Below are positions 39,860 through 49,182 of a stretch of DNA of 64,000 nucleotides, in pieces. The position numbers and the translations under genes were made by a program. Positions within the stretch are counted from its first letter, which is position 1. Every line of letters starts with the position of its first letter. The stretch covers positions 1-64,000 of the IMG/VR virus record IMGVR_UViG_3300030102_007626, one strand, 5' to 3'. This stretch comes from a virus. The notes under the pieces are model-generated. The model did not search any database and was not told the origin of the DNA. It saw nothing but the letters and a program-made list of their open reading frames with translations.

Positions 39860-41722
39860 ATGACAAACCTTGACACCCCACAGAAAATCTTTTCAGATAT
39901 TGTTGTGTATAACAAATACTCAAAATATTTACCTGAAAAACAAAGAAGAGAAACTTGGGAAGAGTTAGTAACTAGGAATAAAAATATGCATAAAGAAAAA
40001 TTTCCTATGTTACAAAATGAAATTGAAGATCTTTATAAACTAGTTTATGATAAAAAAGTTCTTCCTTCTATGAGAAGTCTTCAATTTGCTGGAAAGCCTA
40101 TTGGCATAAATAATTCTAGAATATTTAATTGTTCTTATTTACCAATTGAAAATTGGGTAGCTTTTAGTGAAACAATGTTTTTATTACTTTCAGGGTGTGG
40201 AGTTGGATATTCAGTACAAAAACACCATGTTGAAAAACTACCAGAAATAAAAAGGCCTACTAAAACAAGAAGATTTTTAGTTGGGGATTCAATAGAAGGT
40301 TGGGCTGATGCTGTAAAAGTATTAATGAAAAGTTATTTTGGTATTTCAAATTCAAGACCTAAATTTGATTTTAGAGATATTAGACCAAAAGGAGCAGAAT
40401 TAATTACAGTAGGAGGAAAAGCCCCAGGACCAGAACCATTAAAAGAGTGTTTATTTCAAATACAAAAAGTACTTGATAGAAAAAAAGATGGTGAACAATT
40501 AAAACCAATTGAAGTCCATGATATTATTTGTCATATAGCTGATGCTGTACTATCAGGTGGAATTAGAAGAGCAGCATTAATTTCATTGTTTGATCTACAT
40601 GATGAAGAAATGTTAACATGTAAATATGGGAACTGGTGGGAAAATAACCCACAAAGAGGTAGGGCTAATAATTCAGCTGTTACTATTCGTTCAAAAGTTA
40701 GAAAAAAAGACTTTTTTAGTCTTTGGGAAAAAATAGTAGCAAGTAATTCTGGGGAACCTGGAATATATTTTTCAAATGATAAAGATTGGGGAACTAACCC
40801 ATGCTGTGAAATTGCTTTACGTCCTTATCAATTTTGTAATCTTACAGAAGTAAATGTATCAAATATTGAATCACAAGAAGATTTAAATACTAGAGTAAAA
40901 GCCGCTTCTTTTTTAGGTACTTTGCAAGCAAGTTATACTGATTTTCATTATTTAAGAGATATATGGAATAAAACAACAGAAAGAGATGCTTTGTTAGGTG
41001 TTGGAATGACAGGAATAGGTTCAGGAAAAGTTTTAAAATATAATTTAAAAGAAGCAGCTGAAGAAGCTAAGAAAACAAATGAAGAGATTGCTAGTATTAT
41101 AGGTGTTAATAAAGCTGCTAGAGTTACAACAGTAAAACCATCAGGAACTAGTTCATTAGTATTAGGTACTTCATCTGGTATTCACGCTTGGCATAATGAT
41201 TATTATATTCGTAGAATGAGATTAGGTAAAAATGAAGCTTTATATCAATATTTAGCAAAACATCATCCTGAATTAGTAGAAGATGATTTCTTTAAACCAA
41301 CTATACAAGCAGTAATTTCTATCCCTCAAAAATCACCTAAAGGTTCAATTTTAAGAACAGAATCAGCAATTGATTTACTTGAAAGAACTAAGAAATTTAA
41401 TATGGAATGGGTAAAAGAAGGGCATAGAAAAGGAGACAACACAAATAACGTATCTGCTACTATATCAGTTAAACAAGAGGAATGGGAAAAAGTAGGACAA
41501 TGGATGTGGGAAAATAGAAAAACATTTAATGGTTTATCTGTTCTACCTTATGATAATGGTAGTTATACACAAGCTCCTTTTGAAGACATTACTGAAGAAA
41601 AATATAATAAAATGAAGGGTCATTTAAATAATATTGATTTAACTCTAATCAAAGAAACTACAGACGAAACAGACTTAAATGGTCAAGTTGCTTGTGCTGG
41701 AGGTGCTTGTGAAGTAATGTAG
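39860..41722 (+). CDS. nrdJ: Class II (adenosylcobalamin-dependent) ribonucleotide reductase
   Basis: PSMR, NCS, GGIRRAA, TNPCCEI, CNL, VKPSGT, C-terminal CAGGACE; no beta subunit in the window. Confidence 0.88.
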   Translation: MTNLDTPQKIFSDIVVYNKYSKYLPEKQRRETWEELVTRNKNMHKEKFPMLQNEIEDLYKLVYDKKVLPSMRSLQFAGKPIGINNSRIFNCSYLPIENWVAFSETMFLLLSGCGVGYSVQKHHVEKLPEIKRPTKTRRFLVGDSIEGWADAVKVLMKSYFGISNSRPKFDFRDIRPKGAELITVGGKAPGPEPLKECLFQIQKVLDRKKDGEQLKPIEVHDIICHIADAVLSGGIRRAALISLFDLHDEEMLTCKYGNWWENNPQRGRANNSAVTIRSKVRKKDFFSLWEKIVASNSGEPGIYFSNDKDWGTNPCCEIALRPYQFCNLTEVNVSNIESQEDLNTRVKAASFLGTLQASYTDFHYLRDIWNKTTERDALLGVGMTGIGSGKVLKYNLKEAAEEAKKTNEEIASIIGVNKAARVTTVKPSGTSSLVLGTSSGIHAWHNDYYIRRMRLGKNEALYQYLAKHHPELVEDDFFKPTIQAVISIPQKSPKGSILRTESAIDLLERTKKFNMEWVKEGHRKGDNTNNVSATISVKQEEWEKVGQWMWENRKTFNGLSVLPYDNGSYTQAPFEDITEEKYNKMKGHLNNIDLTLIKETTDETDLNGQVACAGGACEVM

Positions 41723-41724
41723 TT

Positions 41725-41820
41725 ATGAGACATGATGATTGGATAACAAGATTGTATTATAATCTAGATATTTCGCACTTGCCTATAGAGTCCTCTTATT
41801 TTACTTATATTTATAATTAA
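41725..41820 (+). CDS. Small ORF (31 aa, MRHDDWITRLYY...), possibly a truncated remnant
   Basis: ATG 3 nt after the nrdJ stop; below the ORF-track cutoff. Confidence 0.35.
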   Translation: MRHDDWITRLYYNLDISHLPIESSYFTYIYN

Positions 41821-41829
41821 ATTGTCTAA

Positions 41830-42342
41830 ATGCTTAAATTGAAAGATATATTACTTGAAGTATTACAAGATATAACTCCTCAATTTCAAAACATATCTAA
41901 ATATAACGGTACCCCTCTTGATACTATGTATGATTTTGGAGGATCAGATTATGTTAGTGTTAATCCTGAAAGTAAGGGTATTAAAAATATAATAGTAGTA
42001 GACATAGTAGACCCTTATATAGAGGATTTTGAAGATAAAAATATCTATTTTATTAAAAAAAATTTATTTGTTCCTGTTAATTTACCAACACAAGCTAAAG
42101 AAATCCAAGCTAATAAACTAATAAGATATGCAGGCAATAAAGAAGATATTATTATAGATAATATAGATAAACACCTTATAAAAGGAGGGATTCTTCGTAT
42201 TTTTGAAGACTCAGATGAAGATGATAATTATGATTCATTAATGTTAAGAATAATAGAAAAATTTAAATTAAAAGGGTATAGTGTTATTAAAATTGATGGT
42301 ATTAACTATGGAGATGTAGAATTAGCTATTTTAAAAAAATAA
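41830..42342 (+). CDS. Putative SAM-dependent methyltransferase-like protein with MLKLKDILLE leader
   Basis: YDFGGS (motif I-like), VVDI (motif II-like), HLIKGGILRIFE; late motif at 41808. Confidence 0.4.
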   Translation: MLKLKDILLEVLQDITPQFQNISKYNGTPLDTMYDFGGSDYVSVNPESKGIKNIIVVDIVDPYIEDFEDKNIYFIKKNLFVPVNLPTQAKEIQANKLIRYAGNKEDIIIDNIDKHLIKGGILRIFEDSDEDDNYDSLMLRIIEKFKLKGYSVIKIDGINYGDVELAILKK

Positions 42343-42373
42343 TTAGTAATATGTATAATCAAAAATAATAAGT

Positions 42374-42658
42374 ATGGAAAATGTAAAAATTGCTTTATTA
42401 ATAGTTTTATCATATGTTAAAGAAGCTTTTAAATGGATTGGAAGAAAAATTAAAAGTTTTTTTGTATGGGTATTTAGTAAAACAACTATTGATGAGAAAG
42501 TTATAGAAGTTGCAGAAGAAATATCTGATCGTGCAAAAACTGTAAAAGAAGAATTAAAAGACGTAAAAAAAGCTCTTGGTAATGTTGTAGAACAATCAAA
42601 AGACGTAGCGGGAGCAGTGAAAGGTAAAAAAAGAAGAGGTAGACCTAAAAAATCTTAA
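42374..42658 (+). CDS. Small amphipathic/membrane-associated protein
   Basis: Hydrophobic N-terminus, coiled coil, basic RRGRPKK tail. Confidence 0.6.
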   Translation: MENVKIALLIVLSYVKEAFKWIGRKIKSFFVWVFSKTTIDEKVIEVAEEISDRAKTVKEELKDVKKALGNVVEQSKDVAGAVKGKKRRGRPKKS

Positions 42659-42679
42659 ATAGCTATTTATATTTTATTT

Positions 42680-42707
42680 AAAAGGTGTACGTTTGTATAC
42701 CTTTTTT
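42680..42707 (+). terminator. Rho-independent terminator
   Basis: AAAAGGTGTAC-GTTT-GTATACCTTTT followed by T residues. Confidence 0.75.
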
Positions 42708-42727
42708 ATATTTATACCTGATAATTA

Positions 42728-43027
42728 ATGTTTTATTTTAAAAAGTTTTTTATGAAAATTTATAATTATATAAAAAATAGGATTATGGCTTTTAAAGACA
42801 TGTTTAAAGACAAAAATGATGTAAATGAAAAAAATGTTATAGGATTTTTATCATTTGCAGTGATGGTATTATTTGCTGTTGCTGACCTAATAACAGGATA
42901 TTTAGGTAAAGACTTAGTAGTTCAAGAATTTATTTATAATTCTTTTTTAGTAATTACTTTAGGATGTTTTGGTATAGCAGGAGTTGAAAAAATATTTTCT
43001 AAAAAAAATAACGAAGAAGAAGTATGA
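42728..43027 (+). CDS. Two-TM membrane protein, holin candidate (true start may be 42786)
   Basis: Two hydrophobic helices and a charged C-terminus; first gene of the operon ending in endolysin. Confidence 0.5.
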   Translation: MFYFKKFFMKIYNYIKNRIMAFKDMFKDKNDVNEKNVIGFLSFAVMVLFAVADLITGYLGKDLVVQEFIYNSFLVITLGCFGIAGVEKIFSKKNNEEEV

Positions 43028-45429
43028 AAAAGTTTTTATCATTATTATTGTGTTTAACTACATTTTTTAGTTTTTCACAAAACAATTGCAATTTTGAAAG
43101 TTCTAATGCATACCAACAATGTATTACCGGCCAGAATGGCATACCTGGAGGTCAAGCAATTATTATTTTTGAATGGTTTAATGCTCCTGGAAGTTGTGAA
43201 GTAGCTTCTGTTTCTTATTCAAATGCAGAAGGTGCTGGCCCATTTACATACCCAGTAGGACAGCCTCCTAATGTACCAAGTGGTAATTTTGGTGTGTATG
43301 CAGGACCGGGTGGAGGACAACCTGCACTTCCTACATGGTCTGTAGAGCATTATTTGGTATTAAACTACTCCAACGGAACACAATCTGATACTATAGCATA
43401 CACTCCATACCCATGTATACCTGGTTGTACAGACCCTAATTCAGAGTCATATAATCCATGGGCTAGTGTAAATAATGGATCTTGTGAAGGGGGAAATGGA
43501 AATGGAGATAATTGTGACCCTGGTGATTTTGAAATAACAGTTGAAATTACACTAGATAGTTACCCAGGAGAAACATCTTGGATATTAACATCATTATCTG
43601 ATGGTGGTTCTCCTATACAAATGCCACAAGGAGAATATAATTTTAGTGATATTGGACAAACATATAGTTATCCTGTTTGTATAGATGAACAAGGAGTTGA
43701 ACTTATAATAAATGATACTTATGGTGATGGATTAGCTGGATCAACAACAGGTGGAACTATTGATGGGAATGTTATTATATATGGTTGTAATGGTGAAATA
43801 CTTTGGGAATTACCTAACCCAAATTTTGGATATACAGGATACTCAGGAGCAGTTTTAGGAGTTCCTTGCAATAATATTGAACCTATACCAGGTTGTATGG
43901 ATCCTTTATATCAAGAATATAACCCTGAAGCAAATGTTGATGATGGAACTTGTGAAAATTTACATGTATATGGGTGTATTGATACATCAGCTTATAACTA
44001 TAATCCAGATGCTACTATAAACCAAATAGTAGAAACATGTAATTATACTTTATGGATAGGAGATGCCGCTGCTGATGGTTGGGGTAATTCATATATAGGA
44101 GTATACCAAGATGGGGAAACTTTAGGTACATATACAATGGGACCTGGTTTAAATGAACAAATTTTTCTTATCTCATTAAACACAGATAAACCAGTACAAG
44201 TTTATTACTTTGAAAATGCTAGTCCTCAACAACCACCTGAAGAAGTTGAATTTCAAACATGGCAAAATTCTTTTAAACTAACAAATTCAGATGGTGTAGT
44301 ATTAATGCATGAAGGATCTAATCCATTTGCTAATAATGGACAAGGTGCATTACAACCTTTTGAATTACCTACTTGGACAACTTATTCTGCATTACCTTAT
44401 TGTGGAGATTATTGTGAACCAAAAATATATGGCTGTATGGATACTCTTTCAGTTAACTATAACCCCTTAGCTAATACAGACGATGGTTCATGTATCCCAA
44501 TTATATATGGTTGTACTAATGAATTAGCATTTAATTACAATCCAGACGCGACAGTAGATGATGGTAGTTGTATACCTACAGTGTATGGGTGTATGGACCC
44601 ATTATCTTGGAATTATAATTCAGAAGCCAATATAGATGATGGTTCATGTATTTATTTTGGTTGTATGGATTCGTTAGCATTAAATTATGATCCTAATGCT
44701 AATGTTGATAATGGTACGTGCATATATCCAATTTATGGTTGTACAGACCCCGAAGCATTTAATTATGATCCTGAAGCTAATGTTGATGATGGTTCTTGTA
44801 TACCTGTAATATATGGTTGCATGGACCCAACTGCTTTTAATTATAATCCACTAGCTAATACTGATAATGGATCATGTGAACCAATTGTTTTTGGTTGTAC
44901 TGATTCAACAGCATTAAATTATAACCCACTAGCTAACACAGATAATGGTACTTGTATATTACCTTTAGCAGGGTGTACAGACCCTAATGCCTATAATTAT
45001 GACCCAACAGCAAATGTACCCGATTCATCAGCTTGTTTATATGATGCTGGTTGTATTGGGGGACCAGGTAATCCTTATTGGTTAAATGATGGTTGTTACG
45101 CTTGGGTAATAGATGTTGATATTTATTGTTGTGAAGTAGAATGGGACGCTTCATGCCAATCCATGTATGATTATTGTGAAGCTGGATGGCCTGTAGGAAT
45201 AGATGAAATGGATATTAATGGAATTATCGTTTATCCAAACCCAACAGATAATACTTTAAATATTGAAACTCATTTATCATTTAAATATGAATTAAGAGAT
45301 GCAATGGGTAAACTATTATTAACAGGAGAAAATAAACGTTTAGAATTAGGTAAATATAATGATGGAGTTTATTTTTTAACCTTAATTCATAACGAGAAAA
45401 AATTTAATAAAAGAATTATAAAACAATGA
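43024..45429 (+). CDS. Secreted Cys-rich repeat protein with T9SS (Por) type A C-terminal sorting domain
   Basis: Sec signal MKKFLSLLLCLTTFFSFS|Q; GC(T/M)D..A.NY.P.AN.DDGSC repeats; C-terminal IVYPNP...G.YFL...KRIIKQ. Confidence 0.88.
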   Translation: MKKFLSLLLCLTTFFSFSQNNCNFESSNAYQQCITGQNGIPGGQAIIIFEWFNAPGSCEVASVSYSNAEGAGPFTYPVGQPPNVPSGNFGVYAGPGGGQPALPTWSVEHYLVLNYSNGTQSDTIAYTPYPCIPGCTDPNSESYNPWASVNNGSCEGGNGNGDNCDPGDFEITVEITLDSYPGETSWILTSLSDGGSPIQMPQGEYNFSDIGQTYSYPVCIDEQGVELIINDTYGDGLAGSTTGGTIDGNVIIYGCNGEILWELPNPNFGYTGYSGAVLGVPCNNIEPIPGCMDPLYQEYNPEANVDDGTCENLHVYGCIDTSAYNYNPDATINQIVETCNYTLWIGDAAADGWGNSYIGVYQDGETLGTYTMGPGLNEQIFLISLNTDKPVQVYYFENASPQQPPEEVEFQTWQNSFKLTNSDGVVLMHEGSNPFANNGQGALQPFELPTWTTYSALPYCGDYCEPKIYGCMDTLSVNYNPLANTDDGSCIPIIYGCTNELAFNYNPDATVDDGSCIPTVYGCMDPLSWNYNSEANIDDGSCIYFGCMDSLALNYDPNANVDNGTCIYPIYGCTDPEAFNYDPEANVDDGSCIPVIYGCMDPTAFNYNPLANTDNGSCEPIVFGCTDSTALNYNPLANTDNGTCILPLAGCTDPNAYNYDPTANVPDSSACLYDAGCIGGPGNPYWLNDGCYAWVIDVDIYCCEVEWDASCQSMYDYCEAGWPVGIDEMDINGIIVYPNPTDNTLNIETHLSFKYELRDAMGKLLLTGENKRLELGKYNDGVYFLTLIHNEKKFNKRIIKQ
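44431..45035 (+). repeat. Eight tandem ~78-nt Cys-rich coding repeats (three more copies upstream)
   Basis: GCxDxxAxNYxPxANxDxGSC units. Confidence 0.85.
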
Positions 45430-46487
45430 AAAAACTTTTAATTTTATTTCTATTATTACCCTTAATTACATTTAGTCAAACAGAGTCTAAATTTAAAAAA
45501 ACAGTTAAAAAAGTTCTTAAATATTCTACCTTTTATGGTGCTGTTACTGGTGGAAATTCAATATCTGATGTTAATGTTTATTCTGTAACAAATGGTTTAG
45601 AAACTTCAACTGTTAAAACTCCTTTTGATTATTCAATTGCATTAGGGGTTAGAAAAATAGCTAGGTTTGGTTATGAAAATAGAGCTAATATATTTTTTGA
45701 TGGAACAGAAAAAACATATGGTGATGCAGCTACAATTGGTAGAATAAATGGGTTTGAATATTTATTTGAAGCAGATTGGACAAGACAACAAGGTACATCA
45801 TTTTTAAATCAAGACTATTTTTTAAGATATGTAGCAAAAAACTGGATTGCTAAAGCAGAATACTTAGAAGATGGATTTGCTGATATTAGATATTTTGAAT
45901 CTTCAGAAAGATATAGACAAAAAATAGGAAATAAATTATCTTTTAATATAGGAGCAGTACAACGTATAGCTGAACCTTACGGTTATAACCCATTAGACCA
46001 ATGGTTATTATCAAATGGTAGTTTGCATTATACTGATTTAGCATTACAAGAGGGGTATTCTATTGAGTTTGATGGAAATGGTGGTGTAAATTATTTTAAC
46101 CCTAGTGGAGAATTAGTAGCAGAAAATACCCAAGTATGGGAAGCAGTAGTCATACCAGAAGTATTAGCTGAGTATACAGAAAAAGAAAGAAAAGCATTAA
46201 AATATCAATGGAATCATTCATTAGTAATAGGTTTTGATTTTTATCACTATACTAAAGATTTTTGGGTACATTCGTGGGGTAACGTGATGCCTTTACATTT
46301 AGAAACTAAAAGTGACTATTCATACCATAAATTTAATGGTGGACAGTGGGTAGACTATTCAGGTGGTTTAATATTTGGATATAAAATAACTAAAAATTTA
46401 GGAGTATTTTTAGAAGGTAAATATAATAAATACTGGAATAGAAAATGGCACGATTTTAGTGTAGGAATAAATTATATAATTTTATAA
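45426..46487 (+). CDS. Putative outer-membrane beta-barrel protein
   Basis: Signal peptide ending FS|Q; aromatic-rich alternating strands; C-terminal FSVGINY beta-signal-like strand. Confidence 0.65.
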   Translation: MKKLLILFLLLPLITFSQTESKFKKTVKKVLKYSTFYGAVTGGNSISDVNVYSVTNGLETSTVKTPFDYSIALGVRKIARFGYENRANIFFDGTEKTYGDAATIGRINGFEYLFEADWTRQQGTSFLNQDYFLRYVAKNWIAKAEYLEDGFADIRYFESSERYRQKIGNKLSFNIGAVQRIAEPYGYNPLDQWLLSNGSLHYTDLALQEGYSIEFDGNGGVNYFNPSGELVAENTQVWEAVVIPEVLAEYTEKERKALKYQWNHSLVIGFDFYHYTKDFWVHSWGNVMPLHLETKSDYSYHKFNGGQWVDYSGGLIFGYKITKNLGVFLEGKYNKYWNRKWHDFSVGINYIIL

Positions 46488-46488
46488 A

Positions 46489-46773
46489 ATGGCAAAAGAA
46501 CTAAACGAAGACACAGGTTTTAGAGTAAGTATAAAAACTTTAATAGGTATTGCTTTTGCAATAGCAACTGTAGTAGGTATGTGGTTTGCTTTACAAGCTG
46601 ACATACAAGAAGCAAAAGAATTACCAAAACCCCCCGAACCAGAAGTAACTAGAATGGAATTTGACATGAAAGATCAAATAGTTAGACAAACTATTATGAC
46701 TACTCAAGAAGATGTTAAAGAATTAAAAACTGATATGGATCGCATAGAAGAAAAAATTGATAATCTAAAGTAA
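46489..46773 (+). CDS. Single-TM protein with C-terminal coiled coil
   Basis: TM LIGIAFAIATVVGMWFAL, Pro linker, heptad tail. Confidence 0.7.
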   Translation: MAKELNEDTGFRVSIKTLIGIAFAIATVVGMWFALQADIQEAKELPKPPEPEVTRMEFDMKDQIVRQTIMTTQEDVKELKTDMDRIEEKIDNLK

Positions 46774-46779
46774 ATTATT

Positions 46780-47109
46780 ATGAAAAAGATGTTTTTACTA
46801 CTGTTTAGTATATTTTTTACAATAAGTTGTTATACTCAAATTACTATTAAACATTTTAATGCTTCATGGAATGCTACAAATAATGTTACATGGCTCAAAA
46901 GTTTAACAGATTGTAATGTAAAATATTATGACATAACTAAAAATCCTGAATTACAAAAAAAATATAAAGTAGTAGTTGTTCCAACTATTGTAGTATTTCA
47001 AGATGGAGAAGAAATAGAAAGATATCAAGCAGACATTTCTTTTAAAATGCCCGCTACAAAAAGTGAAGTACAAGAAGCTATTGATGAAGCTATAATGGGT
47101 GGATTTTAA
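46780..47109 (+). CDS. Exported thioredoxin-fold protein lacking CxxC
   Basis: Signal peptide; FNASWN replaces F.A.WCxxC; KYKVVVVPTIVVFQDGEEIERY. Confidence 0.7.
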   Translation: MKKMFLLLFSIFFTISCYTQITIKHFNASWNATNNVTWLKSLTDCNVKYYDITKNPELQKKYKVVVVPTIVVFQDGEEIERYQADISFKMPATKSEVQEAIDEAIMGGF

Positions 47110-47125
47110 ATTATAAACAAAAAAT

Positions 47126-48037
47126 ATGTTACTAAAAAAAGGATCAAAAGGTAAAGAAGTAAAAGAACTTCAAGAAGCCCTAGAAATAGGAGCAGATGGT
47201 ATATTCGGACCTGGAACAGAATTATCAGTTAAAAAATTTCAAAAAGAAAATGGATTAATAGCTGATGGGGTAGTAGGACCTGCTACATGGGAAGCTATAG
47301 GAATAGATACAGATACTACAGCTGAAGAAACAGAATACACAACTAAAGATGGTTTAATAATTGAACGTCAATATTTAGATAAAAATGAATATGTAAGAGA
47401 TTATGGTAAAATAGAACCATTAGGTTTTTTCCTCCACCACACAGCAGGTTGGGACAATCCATTTGCATGTGTAAATAGTTGGAATAAAGATAAAAGAGGT
47501 AGAGTTGCTACTCAATATGTTATAGGAGGAACTAATGTAAAAGGTAAAGAAGCTAAATATGATGGTGTTGTAGTTGAATGTTTCCCAAATAATTATTTAG
47601 GATGGCATTTAGGTAAAGTAGGAAATTTTAAAATATCAAAACTATCAGGTGGTGTAGAACTTAATAACTTTGGCTATTTAACTAAAAAAGGAGATAAGTA
47701 TTATACTTATGTTAATACAGAAGTTAAACCTGAATTTGTTTGTGATTTAGGATATAAATTTAGAGGTCATCAATATTGGCATGCTTATTCAGATAAACAA
47801 ATTGAATCCCTTCGATTACTAATTTTACATTTAAAAGATATTTATCCTAAAATGGATTTAGAAAATGGACTTCCAAAACTATTAAAAGAAGGAGTTCATC
47901 CAAAAGATGCATTTGAATTTAATTTAGATGCTTATAATGCAAAACAATTTGGATTATGGACACACACAAATGTTCGTAAAGACAAATTTGATTGCTTTCC
48001 TCAACATGAATTAGTTGAGATGCTTAAAGGTTTGTAA
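47126..48037 (+). CDS. Endolysin: peptidoglycan-binding domain plus N-acetylmuramoyl-L-alanine amidase
   Basis: LKKGSKG.EVKELQ..DGIFG..T...FQ...DGVVG..TW; LHHTAG, WHLG, HTNVR.DK.DC. Confidence 0.88.
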   Translation: MLLKKGSKGKEVKELQEALEIGADGIFGPGTELSVKKFQKENGLIADGVVGPATWEAIGIDTDTTAEETEYTTKDGLIIERQYLDKNEYVRDYGKIEPLGFFLHHTAGWDNPFACVNSWNKDKRGRVATQYVIGGTNVKGKEAKYDGVVVECFPNNYLGWHLGKVGNFKISKLSGGVELNNFGYLTKKGDKYYTYVNTEVKPEFVCDLGYKFRGHQYWHAYSDKQIESLRLLILHLKDIYPKMDLENGLPKLLKEGVHPKDAFEFNLDAYNAKQFGLWTHTNVRKDKFDCFPQHELVEMLKGL

Positions 48038-48060
48038 AATCGCATTTTTTAAAAATACTT

Positions 48061-48087
48061 GGAGCCCTAAAAGGGGCTCCTTATTTT
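48061..48087 (+). terminator. Terminator hairpin overlapping a host-type promoter spacer
   Basis: GGAGCCCT-AAAA-GGGGCTCC then TTATTTT; also TTGG(48059)-N19-TATTTT. Confidence 0.7.
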
Positions 48088-48094
48088 ACATGCT

Positions 48095-49141
48095 ATGAAA
48101 CGATTTTTTCCAATATTAATTTTAATAGCAGCCCTAAGTTTAGCAACTGTAGCTGCTTACTATAGTGTTTTTGGTATTAGTAAATTATTTTCTTCTCAAG
48201 CTAGTGCTGTAATATTAATGGCTGCTATACTTGAAGCTTCTAAACTTATTACTGCTTCTTATTTAGAAAGATTTTGGGAAACTATTCATTGGATAAGAAA
48301 AACTTATTTAATTTCCGCTTTAATAGCATTAATGGCTATAACTTCACTTGGGATTTATGGGTTTTTAGTTTCTGCTTATCAAGAAACGGCATATAAAATG
48401 CAAGCAGTAGATAAACAAGTTGAAGTAAAAGTTAAAAAACGTAATAGATATCAACAACAAATAAAAGATATATCTAAAGAACAAAAAGATATAAATACAC
48501 AAATAATTGAATTAAGTGAAAGCTTAGGTAATAATGTAATACAATATACTAATAGCGAAGGACAACTTATAACTACCCAATCATCAGCAACACGTAAAAT
48601 CATCCAACAACAATTAGATGCACAAACATCTAGAAGAGATAGTTTAACTACTAAACAAGATATCTTAAATGATAGTATAACAAAATTTGATTTAGATATA
48701 CTAAACCTAGAAATTAATTCAGATGTTGCAGCAGAAATTGGACCTTTAAAATATGTTGCTAATATTACAGGAAAAGATACTGATCAAGTAGTAAACTGGT
48801 TTATACTAGTTTTTATTTTTGTTTTTGATCCTTTAGCTGTTATGTTACTTATTTCTGCAAATAAAATATTCTATGAAAATTCTAAAAAAAACATTTATGG
48901 AGAAAAAAAAACTAAAGTTTTAAAGGAAGAAAAAGTAGAGGTAAAACAGGAGGAGAGTAAAGCCGAGCGGGTTAAAGCCCCAACTCCACCCTCTACTGCT
49001 TCTTCTGAAAAGCAACAACTTCAAAATGAAATAGCTAAAATCCAAAGATCTGGAGCTTCAAGTAGAAAAACAGGACAAGCTATAGAAAACTTACAATCTA
49101 GAATTAAAAAAATAGATGATGATAACACTAAAACTTATTAA
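48095..49141 (+). CDS. Multi-TM membrane protein with long coiled coil
   Basis: Three N-terminal TMs (AAYYSV.G, LE..K, TSLGIYGFL), AEIGPLKY, IFVFDPLAV. Confidence 0.75.
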   Translation: MKRFFPILILIAALSLATVAAYYSVFGISKLFSSQASAVILMAAILEASKLITASYLERFWETIHWIRKTYLISALIALMAITSLGIYGFLVSAYQETAYKMQAVDKQVEVKVKKRNRYQQQIKDISKEQKDINTQIIELSESLGNNVIQYTNSEGQLITTQSSATRKIIQQQLDAQTSRRDSLTTKQDILNDSITKFDLDILNLEINSDVAAEIGPLKYVANITGKDTDQVVNWFILVFIFVFDPLAVMLLISANKIFYENSKKNIYGEKKTKVLKEEKVEVKQEESKAERVKAPTPPSTASSEKQQLQNEIAKIQRSGASSRKTGQAIENLQSRIKKIDDDNTKTY

Positions 49142-49182
49142 AGTTACGTGTTTTTTTAAAGGTTATTAATTATATTTAGGTT

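Noticed and set aside
44431-45035. CRISPR-like periodic array
   Set aside because: Units are degenerate in-frame coding repeats with no constant repeat/unique spacer structure.
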